DNA of 55,006 nucleotides, the filler included, from Sluysia triapertura (taxonomy: Eukaryota): NCBI GenBank assembly GCA_046118255.1. It is 4 parts of 4 records of this genome, joined end to end, with 100 filler letters (N's around TTAATTAATTAA, not from the genome) between each part and the next. Parts side by side here need not be neighbours in the genome. Positions count along the whole stretch, not along the records: positions 28,136 to 40,054 come from JBJNIA010145832.1; positions 40,155 to 55,006 come from JBJNIA010247094.1; 2 more parts are not named here. The stretch is one strand, 5' to 3'. How positions within the stretch are numbered: the stretch's first letter is position 1; every line of letters starts with the position of its first letter. Positions 39,141 to 51,530 of this stretch are shown in pieces. A program made the position numbers and the translations under genes. The notes under the pieces are model-generated. The model had not been told where the DNA came from. It saw only the letters and a program-made list of their open reading frames with translations, and ran no database searches.

Positions 39141-40012
39141 GAAAGATTTTACACAAAACTATTAATTCACAATCATTCATTCATTCATCTTTAGACTTCC
39201 ACATTTTTATAACTTTCCATGTAATAAAATTTTTAAATGCAAATTATAAAACGTACATTTTTTTAAGTACTATAATTTTATTATTAATAAACTCTTTTAT
39301 TAATTTTATTATTAAATATAATTAAATTTCATTATTTTCAATTTTATTATTAATTTTTTATTATTTTTGTTTTGTTTAAAATATATTATTTTTCAAAATT
39401 TAAATCTTAAAAATTCTCAAATCACGGAATTGAAATGGAACATCATATTTTACGGCTGTTATTTCGAGTAAAATTAACAGTATTTTTAGATACAAGTAAC
39501 CCAAGAAATCATAGTTCTAACTAAAACAAACAGTTCAAAAGTAAATCAGGAATCACAACCACATTTAAAATGTGAAAGACTTGACGAAATAAATATAATG
39601 TAAATTTTGTTACATGTACAGATGAAAACAAGGCTATTTTGCTACAGTTGGAACGAAAAACACTTGAAGAACCACTTAATTTTAAGAAACCAACATCATG
39701 TAAGGAAATTGTCGTAGTATTGGAATTAGAATTAGATCTTCATTTTATTTTGACATTTAAATTCTTTGATACATACAAGATCATGTAAGGTATAAAAGAA
39801 AATGTATAAAGAAATGCAAAAAAAGGCAGAATAAATATTAATAAAAAGTTCTGGAAACAGTAAAAGCTTTATATATTAAGATTATTAGTATTTAAATTAA
39901 TTCAAATCTATGTAAATTTATGTTCAGGACGTGTTAAACAAGAACAAAAATAAAATAAATAAATAAATCAGGTTTAGAATTATAATAAGGATAATGTAAC
40001 AGGAATAATTAA

Positions 40013-40051
<39 letters not shown>

Positions 40052-40054
40052 TAT

Positions 40055-40154
40055 NNNNNNNNNNNNNNNNNNNNNNNNNNNNNNNNNNNNNNNNNNNNTT
40101 AATTAATTAANNNNNNNNNNNNNNNNNNNNNNNNNNNNNNNNNNNNNNNNNNNN
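40055..40154. other. Artificial scaffold linker
   Basis: N44-TTAATTAATTAA-N44. Confidence 0.97.
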
Positions 40155-40545
40155 TTCTTGATGATTGTTCTACATCAAGAACGTAAATTATGGAATTAGA
40201 TGATGGAATTACTTGAATTGGTAAAAAAACATCAAAAAATATTCAAAGAAATAACAAAAATTTGTAAAATCTAACATATTTAATTTTTAGCGCCCCACCC
40301 TCTTTTGCGCACCTTTGTGTTAGAAGACCATATTTAAAAAATATAAGCCGCAAAATCTTACACTGTACCTAGACCGAAATATATTTACTATTCAATCATA
40401 TCTGAATGTGAATTGATTGTGGTTCTAAAATGTGTTGTAATGACGATTTACAACTTTATTTCAACTCTACTGAAATTTATGACGAACATTTTTTATTACC
40501 AAAAGCCTTTCACAGAACCATCTTAGTAATACGTTCTTATTTCAG

Positions 40546-40854
40546 AGATATTACGATTACTCAAGTTCCAGAAATAGAGGCAATTATCCTTTTACAAATA
40601 ATAACAGTTCGAACAGCATCAGTACAAACCGCAAAGGTTCTAGCTTCTTGGATTCAGGAGGGGTTGATAAGTATCGAAAGGCTCACCATGGAAGCAGTAA
40701 TGGACCTCTCAAATACAAAACTGACAACAGACGTCACAGAGCGCGTAGGGGCAACAGTCAGGGCAGGTTTAACAGTGCGAATAGTAACGACAATAATTAC
40801 AATAATTACTGTGGCAGCTATGGACGTGACAATAGATCCAGTCGTCGCAAATAG
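40546..40854 (+). CDS. Terminal exon encoding an Arg/Asn/Ser/Gly-rich low-complexity tail
   Basis: Acceptor TTCTTATTTCAG (AG 40544-40545), then 102 codons RYYDYSSSRNRGNY...RRHRARRGNSQGRF...RSSRRK*; locally higher GC. Confidence 0.55.
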   Translation, partial: RYYDYSSSRNRGNYPFTNNNSSNSISTNRKGSSFLDSGGVDKYRKAHHGSSNGPLKYKTDNRRHRARRGNSQGRFNSANSNDNNYNNYCGSYGRDNRSSRRK

Positions 40855-40896
40855 TGGCAAAATTATTATATTAACATTATTATTATTATATTATTA

Positions 40897-40955
<59 letters not shown>

Positions 40956-42465
40956 TATCGAAATCAAGTGGTGATAATTCGTAATAATGTTACAGAAATT
41001 GTTCCGTTTTCTAATTGTGATTATGGATTTGTAAATAAATTTGATGAAATTCAAACTTTGCAATCATTTGAAGTTTTGCGTCTTTTTTCGATTACTCTTC
41101 AAAGGGTTCTCATATCATCTGTATTACCGTACGTTTTAAATTTTATTTATCGATCAAATTCCGGTCTCCTTTTACTTGCTGTTTGTGTGCACATTTATTA
41201 CAAGGTGGCTCAATATCCAGGCAACTTGGATCATGGAAAGTTGTGGGGCTATTCAAGTATTCATTTAGTTGTACCGTGATTGGAATTTTTTCATTTGATA
41301 ATTGAATAGTTTCAGAAGTATTTATTATTTCTCTTAATTATCTTAATTATTATTTCTCTTACTGCGTCATTGTTGATTCAGATCAATGTTGGGCTTTAAT
41401 TGTTCACTTATAAGTAGCGTATTTCGACATAGTTCACATAACTGGTCCATTATTTATTTATTTCGGATCTATTTTGAAGATTGTATTAGTTTATCATACT
41501 TTGTTATGTCTTCTCTCGCACTGTTTCTCGAGTGTGCTAGAGTAGCACTCGAAATGATGTGATATCAGTTGGTATGGTAGTTACTGGGTGGTTGGAAATA
41601 CGAAGAGATATATAATCGATTTCAAATAAGTACACTGATTTTTCAGAGACTTCCGAAAAAAGATATTCGATGCCGAGAGGAAATAAGATATTGAGGTAGT
41701 CTTTGGAAGTCTGTAGCAATATCAAGTTATTTATTACATCGTAACATCTGACATTTCTATTTAATTATTTCCATTTAGTTATTTGTGATCACGCAATTGG
41801 TTCGAGTACTGGTGCACTAAACAACACTTTGTTGACAGTAGTAATCACAATCCATGTTTTATCTTTATTTATTCGCCGTCTTCGCACACACACTGTAACG
41901 CTACTCTATGCCTTGCTTATTTTCGTATTGCATTGGTGATGCTTGGATTTGTTGAAGCTTATTTAGTTACATTGAAACATTAATTTTGGTGAATAAATCT
42001 ATTTTTGAAATTGGTGTTGTATAAGGGACCGCTAGACGAAATGTGAGATTTGTGGTGTACGATAATTGTTGAATCTGTAGCGAAATGAATATGACACAGC
42101 AATTCAGCAAAATCGTAAAAAATAAAAGGTTTACCAATTGTTGAGAATACGAAGGAAGTACAAGATTGTATAATTAAACAGGTATTAATTCCTCTTTAGA
42201 TATTTAAGTACTCAAAAGCGTTTACAATTAGAAAAAATCGCTTCAAAATTTAAGTTGATTAAATGATAAAATGTTATTTTAAATTGAGATGTGTTTATTG
42301 AAACAAAGAAACGTATAACCTAAACTTAATTAGCCATAGTAGAGTCTTATAAGACAGAACTTGACAAGATTGCTTGATCTTGGTTTGATTAATAATGTCG
42401 TTTTCGGGTCAAATGTTAGGCTAACTTATTAATTTTATTCACGCATTCTCAACTTCAGGGTAATA

Positions 42466-42947
42466 TAGGGTTGTGCAAGTCTCTAATCATCGAAATAAGT
42501 TTTTAACATATGAGTTGATAAAAGCATTAGAAGTATGAAAGAATGTATTTAATATTAAATAAAATTTTCTCTTTCGATTCATGTTCTCATATTTCTGTAG
42601 AATTCTTAACACTAATGAATAATTTCATAGTAATAATTATAAATCAATCGAGGTTTTAAGTGTATTAGCTTGATTCACCCGATTTGAATTTGATTGGAGA
42701 ATTCTTGAGTAATTAGAGCAGAATATAATTCTATAACGATCGTCGATTTTGATCTTACAACCGAACAGTCGTTATATCACATTTTATTGAATAAATAATA
42801 ATTATTCAATTTAGGAATATAAGAACATCCTAGAAAGAGCAAGAATATGAGAAAATTTTATTTCATATTAAATGTATGTTGTCACATTGTTAACTTTTAC
42901 ATATTAAATAAAATTACTTGATGGGTATATAGACTTGCACAACCCTG
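42466..42947. mobile_element. 482-bp MITE, Tc1/mariner-type ends
   Basis: Perfect TIR AGGGTTGTGCAAGTCT / AGACTTGCACAACCCT flanked by TA on both sides; internal IR AATATTAAATAAAATTTTCTC / GAGAAAATTTTATTTCATATT. Confidence 0.85.
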
Positions 42948-44359
42948 TAATAATAAGCGTAAAATTTTATTAATATTAAAATTTTATTAATTTTAGCTAA
43001 AAAAATTAAGTACTTTCTGTACTTTTAGAATTAATGCATGCACATTAAAAAAAAGTATAAATAAGCGCCGATTGTGTAGATCTCGCCATCAAAATTTTAG
43101 TAAAAATTCGTTTAATAAAAAATTTTAAATAACGGTTAAAAGAAAACAGCTCGCCACACAATAAGCATTATCTATTTTCTTAGACAAGCATTTTACGTGA
43201 GTCGAAACAATTTCTAACTATATAAATTAACAAATATACTTTTATGTTTTAACAAGTAAACATTATAGAGGGTTTTCTCTTGTCGTTTTTAACTTAAGCA
43301 TTTTACAAACATATCTAACTACTAGTATTTTTCTTACTTTCGAAAATTACCTCCTAACTTAAAGGTTCGTTTACAGTCTACGTTTGATCTCAAATAGAGG
43401 ATGCAGCTGTAAAAAGTACGACTAAAATAAATTCTTCAAATGATGGTCTACTTAATTCAATATCTAACTTTCGAAAATCTAATTAGTATACTGAGCAACA
43501 ACAAAAATTATCGAAATTATATAGTAACAAAAGTATGATAAATGTAAAGATTACTTAATAAAATATAGAAATCAACAGAAATTTAAGTCTTACAGATGTG
43601 AGGCAGTCCTTGCAGAAAATAGATTCCAAATAAAATCCAAAAATGTATGAGTAGCTGACTGCTCAATGTGTTCCAAATCCATTATTTGTTAAATGTTGTC
43701 TTCTGTTTTCTTGTCTTATTATTTTAAAGGTGATTTTTATAGAAAGTCGATGAATCTAAAAATTGGCAATAAAAATTTTTAAAACAAACTCAAAAATAAA
43801 TTCAGTATTAAAAAACTAATAAAATTTTCAGTAATAAAACTTTTTTAAAATAATACATTAATACAAAATCATTAAATCAAATTTTTGTTATTTTCCTCAA
43901 AGCTGCTATCATCAGTCTAATCCTCACAGGAGGTTCTAATGATGTGTATAAGAAAATGTTTGGTATTAAAACTCAAGAGTGCTTGGTTAATGAGAATGTA
44001 TAAAATGCAATAATTGTAAAATTTTACAACTCAAATAATGTTCGTGCAGGACAATGAAAGATCTATGATATAATCGTTTCTTAATGTTTTCAATCTTCAT
44101 TAAGGTCTCAAAACCTTATATAGGTCTTTGGAACTCCAAAGTATACTTCAACTCTTAAAATTATTAATAGATGTCTTCATTTATAATATTCTATATATCT
44201 CTTACTCATTTGTTGATACACACTTTGGCAATTCCAACGGTATTGTTGCATCTTTAAAAATTGTTAGCTATGATAATTCAATATTATTTTAATTATATTA
44301 AAAGAATCTTAATAATTTAAGTATTTACTATCTCAAGTATAATTTTTCAGTAATTCTTT

Positions 44360-45510
44360 TACTTAATATCAATAATTATTTACCTCAAAAATAAGCTATT
44401 GGAAATCAAATCAAAAATAACACAATAATTTACAATTAAACAAAAATCAAAATATAATTTATTGTCATTGTAAATCTCTACTAAAAAATATTCACACTGA
44501 CTAAAAAAGCCAAGATTAATAATAATGTTTAGAATAATATTAAGGACACTAGAATATAACTAAAGAAAACAGGAGTGACGCAACAGACACTAAAAATATC
44601 AATATCTAGAAAGTGAGGATTCATGATACTGCCTAAATATTTTTAGATAATTTAACCAAAAGGATGAAATATTATAACAAAAATTTTGAGCAGAGATCCT
44701 TCCTAAAATTTAACAATAATATAAAAAAATTAATTTAAAAATAAATTGTGCAGGGTGTCTCACAAAACTAATTTTAAAGTCCCAAAAAAATAAATTGCAA
44801 AGGGACTCCCCACTAAATGATTTTTTAAAATCCTTTAAAAACAGATAAAATAATAATGATGATAATAATAAGAATTTTAAGACGACATTAAAATAATAAA
44901 TTAGAATAATAAAATAATAAAATATCCCTATAAAAAGTATGGACCATCTTAATTCTGAAAATCTTGTGATTGTGTGATTGTGTTGTAAAAATTTAGAAGT
45001 TTTTATTGTACATTTCTCATCATCCAATCAATCCACAGTCTCACAATTAAATACTCTCACACAAATCATCCAAACTTCTTTGAGAATCAAACCGACAATA
45101 ACAAATTTGACAATTACATGGTACGGTATGTCAAACTTCATTAGGTACCCAACATATAAATTTGATTTATTATCAACCATTATTTCCTTTTACTCTACTC
45201 AATTTATTTTCACTTAAATTACTTCTCATATTAAAATAAAAATTAACAATATAATATTGTTAATATATATAAAAATAATGAATTTGATTTCACTTTTTAG
45301 AATTTAATTAATATTCGATTTTTTACACCCAATTTTCTAATGAAAAATGTTTTAAGCTTCTTATTCTCAAACGAACCATTCTACAAACATTTCAAACTCA
45401 CTTATATATTCTCCTATTTCATAGCAATCATCTCATATTTCATTCATTACATTTGCATCACTCTAAGTATAAAAAAATATAGAAAAATTAATTAAAATTT
45501 GACTTTGGTC
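44360..45510 (+). repeat. Long repeat module, copy 1
   Basis: 44940-45510 aligns by eye with 49548-50069 (CTTTGAGAATCA, TTGATTTATTATCAACCAT, TACTCTACTCAAT, TTTCACTTTTTAGAATTTAATTAAT, ACATTTCAAACTCACTT). The upstream part shares the TRACGCAAC motif and spaced GC islets. Confidence 0.85.
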
Positions 45511-46069
45511 AATATTAAAGCTTTCCTTGCATGAACTCGGTTAAACTATACACAGTTTCAAATTTAACATAGCATTTCTCATTCGAAAGTACTTTTTTTA
45601 GTTAAGTTAAGATTTTAATTAATTAATCTATTTTTAGACTTAATTTTATTTTATGTTTAAATGTTTATTAAGGTTCCTAGACTATTTAGTAAGTTATAAG
45701 ACATTCAGGAGGCTATAGATGTTTTCACCTTCACCTGTCCGATTCATTTTTCTGCCACATTAAACTTGTCTTCACTATTTTAAACAAAGATTTTATTTTT
45801 CAAATATTTTAAAGATTTTATACATTTTATAATATTATTCGAAGATCTTCAATGCTTATCAAGGTTTCCAGAATACTTAAAGATTAATAAAGTCTCAGAT
45901 TAGCTCAAAATTAACAAGCTCAAAGGTATTCTAATGCCTTAAACCCTCCACAAGGTCTTGAATGTCAAGGTATTCTTTAGCTGTTATTATTATTATAACA
46001 GCGATGATATGGAGAGGGCTTTTTAGGTTTTGTAAATATTAAATTAAAATTATTTATACGTAATTTTTT

Positions 46070-46295
46070 AAATGCACAAAAATTATTAGAAAAATGAAAT
46101 TTTATTTTTATTTTTTTATTACATAAGTTTAAAATTTTATCTAAAAAAGAACATTTTAATTTTAATTTTCTAACCATTAACAAACTGTTAAATTTATGAA
46201 TTACTAAACTAGGCTTAAAGCCTTTATACAATAACAATTTAACAAAAACGATGAAATATGAAACATTGAAGTAAAACGTAAAAATGCACTTACAA
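46070..46295 (-). repeat. Shared 3' module downstream of the CLASP copy
   Basis: AGGCTTAAAGCCT at 46211-46223 with flanks similar to 2830-3075. Confidence 0.75.
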
Positions 46296-46588
46296 TATAA
46301 GAATATAGTAGTAATAAGCGTCCAAATTTTATTATATGAACTGTTGATGCATAAACATCAAAAAATGTTAAGCATAAAATACTAAAGTGAATAAATTTTA
46401 AAATACTAAACTTCATGAAATGTTTACCATATATTTAGTAATAAAAATTTCGAAATATGACGATGACAAATCCAAGACAAACAGCAATAAATATTAGATA
46501 AAAAGCGTTTGCTGTTTTTACCTTTTTACAAAAATACAAAATTGATTTTTTATTATAGTATTTCAATTGGTAAAAATGTAAATAATTT

Positions 46589-48344
46589 CTATTTAATTCT
46601 ATTAACATACAGTTTTAAAAGATAAACTTTTGGTCGAGGAAACACTTTTAACTGAGGCCATATTTTATATTCTATTTTCTTGTATATTTCAATTAAACAG
46701 AATATAGTCCATTTTCTGAACAACAATTCTTTGTGATTTATAAAGATATTTAAAATAGCCAAAGTTTCCACTGACATTACATTTATAATGATGGAACTAG
46801 TGGCTCCTTTGGTAGCTCGCAAAAATCGCAATGCAGTTAATTTATCTATCGACTTAGTCGATTGCGGTGTTACGTCAATGATAAACGTATTTAAAGTGTA
46901 CCAAAGTGTATTTGTGTTGACACTTTGCAAAAATAATCATGCACGATGTGTTGCTTCTACGACTTCATTGTCGATATCTGAGAAATTAATAATCAGTTCT
47001 TCTGCCACCTGATGCATGGACTCCCGAAATCGTTCTGGTTCTGTTTTGGCAATTTCTTGAATAGAATCGATTGCTAATTTTCGAATGTTACCTTCATTAT
47101 AACTGAGACATTTGAGCAGCGCGGATGTTACTTATCCGAAATGAGTATCCCAGTCGAATTGTTTAACCGAGTAAATCCAGTTAATGGTAGAAATCAGTCG
47201 GGAACTTTCAAGCGGATCATCCAAATTCTTCAAGATCTCCTTCAATTCCATATTGTAATCTGCAATAATAGATTTATCAATGTTCATTGTTGCTTTATTT
47301 CTATTTTTATTTTTCTCATTACCATGTCCATATTCAACAATATTTTTAATCGAATATGACTCAGTGAAGTTTCTTGATGATTCATGATTCGAATATTTAC
47401 TATCCGAATAACTTTTCTGTTCCGTATTCCTTTTTTACTTTTACATAAACTATCATGACTTTCTGAAATGAAATCGTTGATCCTGTATCTCCTCGGAAAC
47501 AATCTGTTTTCTGCTGAATGGGAGACATACGAGTTTTACGACGATTAGATCTACTCTCCCGTTTGCTGTTGGCATTGGTTTATTATTGATGTCATTTCGA
47601 TTATATGTATTAAATTGGGATGGGGTGGTTCAATAACTCGTGTTAGACTTTGTGTATGTAATTTCTTCCGAAGAACCTTCTGACAACGCAATAGTTTTGT
47701 TTACTAATGCCATCTATTGCACCTTAAAGATAGGGTTATTTTCAACAGTTTTCGAATTATTTTTATCAGCGACAAAATGTGCAGCCATTCTAATGACTCC
47801 TTGAATATTATAATCATTGATAATTTGATCGTCTGAGAGCAAAAGTCTTTCTAACATAATTAAATAAACAATTAAAGTCACTAAACAAGAAATATTTAAT
47901 ATACAATTTGTTGCTACGACAATCTTGGGTAATTTTACTTCACGAGTTAATATTTTCTTAGCAAATTGTTTAGAATTTACAAAATTTCTTATGCACAAAG
48001 ATTGAGCCTTAACATTGAAATTCTAAACTCTCAATATATCACTGTATCGATGAGATGGTTTACATGAGCACTCAATCTACTGATATTTTAATTAATTTTT
48101 GAAAAGAATCATTGCGTATAATATTCTCGTAATTGAATTAGTCCAGAAATACGAAGAACTGACCGAATAATTATGAAATATTGCTTCACAGCAGTACTAT
48201 TATAAAACCATAATACATGTGAGTATTTACCAACGAACGTAAGCTTTAGTAACCATGGATTCTGAAATGTGTCCAACAAAATCATTTGATTGGATAAAAT
48301 CATAAATGAATCCTGGTATTAGCACAAATAAATATATGAATAGA
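46589..48344 (-). pseudogene. CLASP: Decayed copy of the CLASP/Orbit C-terminal region
   Basis: Frame ~47434-46589 with stops at 47134 and 46939: WDTHFG*VTSALLKCLSYNEGNIRKLAIDSIQEIAKTEPERF...DNEVVEA...FRKWTIFCLIEIY...PKVYLLKLYVNRIK*. Matches recalled CLASP WDEHFK...IRALAL...QPARF...KEVVRSA...VRKACVFCL...KMKLLNLYIKR. ORF 47714-47998 weakly resembles TOG3. No introns in the C-terminal block. Confidence 0.8.
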
Positions 48345-48692
48345 CTGGGAAAAACAAAAAAATAAAAAGAGAGTTTAAAAATAAGGATAAAAGAAATAAT
48401 AATGATAACAACAACATGATTATTATATGTTTAAAAATAATGATATTGTTGATGTTAATATGAAAGTTATTATAAAAATTATTATTTGATAATCATATTA
48501 TATAACAATAATGACAATAATTATTATATATATTGTTTAATACGATTTGAACTGTAGTTCATAATAATTATGTGCAATAATGTTTGTTTTTTGAATGATT
48601 TTAGTAATTTGTTTAGTGATCTATGTATATGTGAAATGTTTTTACGTGATGAAGTGTGATGAATTTTGAGTGATTTCCCTACAAATATTATG
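48345..48692 (-). repeat. Leader module: C/A tract, ATT tract, polypyrimidine tract and CAG acceptor
   Basis: Ends TTTTTCCCAG|TCTATTC; homologous to 1-85 and 54150-54415. Confidence 0.65.
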
Positions 48693-49099
48693 AATTCTAA
48701 ATCAATCAGTTAATTATTTCTTTATGATTTTATCCAAAATAACTTGGGCAGGAAATCTCTCAAAAACCAAAAATACTTTAATCTAAATATAAAAAATCAA
48801 TAATTTACAAAATGTTGCATCTTTAAAATTAACTTGGATAGGGAGCCTCTCAGAAATGAAAATTATTATTAGTAGAATTATTAACGATTTATTAATTATT
48901 ATTTAAAAATAAAATAATAAATAAAAGTGCCCATACACGAATATAACTACAAGCTTTATTTTGTGTTATTGTTGCGTCTTTGAATTATCCGATTATAATG
49001 AGTCAGTAATAGCTTAATTTACGTAATCGGAATCCCAATATTTTCAATACTTATCAAAAAAAATTTAAATTATCTCATATTAGATTAGTAACGGTAACT

Positions 49100-50069
49100 G
49101 TTCAATCCTAACAAAACTCAAAAAATAAATACAAATTACCACAGTAATCACAATAATATAAATGATTTAACTAGAAACTATAACAATTAAAAGAAAATTA
49201 ACAATAACTTTTACAACAATATTAACCCTTGTCAAAAGAAAAACCAGAGGTAACGCAACGAAAATTAAGATTTGACAAATAATACAAAACAAAATCAAAA
49301 TCGAATATTGGGCAGAGTATCTCCTACAAATAGTTAAAAATGAAATAATATACTTAAAATATTTTAAAATAAATTTGGCAAAGTGTTTCACACAAGTTAA
49401 CTTAAAAATAGCTAAAAATCAAAATCAAATACTTTAAAAATAAATTGAGTAGGGTTTAGCCCACCAAGTTAAATTATATTAAAATTGTTCAATAAAATTA
49501 TAAATAAAATTAAATGAAATTAATAAAAATTACCGACAGCATGGAAATGGGCCGCATGAATCGCGGCTGGTGTGGTGATGTTAAAAATTTTAAGTTTTTC
49601 ATCTTATACTCTTTTCATCCAAACACTTCTCAATTTCACAATCAAACACACAAATCATCAAAACCTCTTTGAGAATCAGACCTACAATAACAACTTCGAC
49701 ACTTACGTGGTACGTTCTGTCAATCTTCATTAGGAAAAAAATTGATTTATTATCAACCATCATTTTCTTCTACTCTACTCAATCTACTTTTACTTAAATA
49801 ACTTCTCATTAAAATAACAATGAATAATATTATTAACATGTATAAAAATAATGAATTTAATTTCACTTTTTAGAATTTAATTAATTTTATAATAAAAAAT
49901 GTTTGAGGTCCTTATTCTCAAACACACTATTTTGTTAACATTTCAAACTCACTTTTCAATTCTTCTTTTTCGTAGCAATCACCTCATATTCAATTCATTA
50001 TAATTCATCATTATAAATGTGAAAAATTCAACATTTCATAATTAAGAATTAATTAAAATTTGAATTTGC
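49100..50069 (+). repeat. Long repeat module, copy 2, abutting the stop codon of the 486-aa ORF
   Basis: Homologous to 44360-45510; contains TGTGGTGATGTTAAAAATTT (49571), reminiscent of the cassette start at 6460. Confidence 0.85.
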
Positions 50070-51530
50070 TCATATGGGCGTGGAGGTGTTATTATTATTG
50101 TTTTTAGGTTTCAAAACTTTAATTTTACGTTTATTGTATAATAATTTATGATCGTGAAATATGTGCTTAAGGCACTTAAAAAGTTTTAATTGAATACTAA
50201 TGTGCTTAAGGCACTTAAAATTACAATTTCTGAAGCAAAAGCAAGTATAATACACTGAAATTATATTATTAAAACCTTTGAACACATCTACAACTATTTT
50301 ATTTTTAAATTGAATCATGAATAGTTTGTTCATAGCTAACATGTTCAGTGACAGCCGGATTGGTATATTAGCATTCCCGTGTCCAATAGTTACTGCTAAG
50401 CGCGAACCGAATTCTCCGTCCCAGACTCGATCTGTCTTGCCCATACTTCCATAGAGAGTGGCCCAGGTGACTTCACTATGTTCGGTAGAATAAGATGGTT
50501 CAGGTAGAATAGGATAAAAATATTTAAGACAACGAGTAGTTTTATTTACCTCTTTATTGAGAAATATAAAGTTAAAATTAAATGACGTAAATACAAGATA
50601 ATTAATTTCAAAGTTTTTTGAACCTGATGACAACATAGTAGTTCTCAATTTCACAAACTCTTCAATAATGAAACCACTATCTAAGGACACACGTAAAACG
50701 TCTCTAGTATATTTAAACTCATGGTCGATCAGGTCTTTATTTATATTAAAACACGTACAATTTAAAAATCCTTTAATATAAAAATTAATGTTTAAAGATA
50801 TATCTTTAAAAACTTTTAATTCATTATGGGTTAAGCCCCTATTTATAACAAAACACACGTAATTTAAAAATTGCCCGACATTAAAATCGCTACTCGATAA
50901 CGCGTCTTTAAAGCTTTTCAATTCGTGATCCATTGAGTCTTTATGGATTGAATCACACGACGCGTAATAAATCATAGAGTTTTCAAAAAATAATTCGCTC
51001 AACAACAGCAGGCATACATCATGGCACCTCGTGATCACTGGGTAGTCAGATTCATTAGTTCGACTATTCGAATGAATCTCCACATTACTGTCCTTGTATT
51101 TGTGCGGCCCGCGACGCAGCATTTCATTAAAGTCATCCTTTTTAAATGAAGGTAGTCGCTTGGACTCGTACATAGTCACTGGAAATTTCATAACGTTGTT
51201 GTTTAAGGTGAGACAATCGCGACTTTCGAATATACCTGTGTCTTCTACATATACAGAAGGAGAACATGGTGCTCTATGGATAATACTTTCATTCTTTTGC
51301 AGATAATCCAGAGCATTACACAATTGACAATCTACTGATGCTATGAAATGCCCTGAAGATGTACTGAAGGCATCTTTTGATGGTGAATCATTATTTGTTC
51401 CATACTTCGGTCTGCAACGTTTAATCTTAATATATAAATTACTAAAAGGAACATCATTTACGCTAAGGATATTGTGGCGTTTCAATAACTGGATTAATGG
51501 AATAACATCTGATATTTCATTCATTTTCAT
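50070..51530 (-). CDS. Intronless 486-aa protein of unknown function
   Basis: 1461-nt open frame in very AT-rich DNA; possible acceptor AACCTAG|GTTATTGATCAG-ATG upstream. No domain recognised. The last ~65 codons overlap the shared 3' module. Confidence 0.75.
   Translation of the reverse strand: MKMNEISDVIPLIQLLKRHNILSVNDVPFSNLYIKIKRCRPKYGTNNDSPSKDAFSTSSGHFIASVDCQLCNALDYLQKNESIIHRAPCSPSVYVEDTGIFESRDCLTLNNNVMKFPVTMYESKRLPSFKKDDFNEMLRRGPHKYKDSNVEIHSNSRTNESDYPVITRCHDVCLLLLSELFFENSMIYYASCDSIHKDSMDHELKSFKDALSSSDFNVGQFLNYVCFVINRGLTHNELKVFKDISLNINFYIKGFLNCTCFNINKDLIDHEFKYTRDVLRVSLDSGFIIEEFVKLRTTMLSSGSKNFEINYLVFTSFNFNFIFLNKEVNKTTRCLKYFYPILPEPSYSTEHSEVTWATLYGSMGKTDRVWDGEFGSRLAVTIGHGNANIPIRLSLNMLAMNKLFMIQFKNKIVVDVFKGFNNIISVYYTCFCFRNCNFKCLKHISIQLKLFKCLKHIFHDHKLLYNKRKIKVLKPKNNNNNTSTPI

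Noticed and set aside
40430-40984. 184-aa ORF and the antisense 40654-40860 ORF
   Set aside because: Shadow frames of the Arg/Asn-rich exon; the 184-aa ORF is extended by an ATT microsatellite.
3600-47140. Alternative genetic code or stop read-through explaining the many in-frame stops
   Set aside because: Stops replace different expected residues (W, Y, C, Q/K), frameshifts and motif loss co-occur, and EZH uses a normal stop; ordinary decay explains them.
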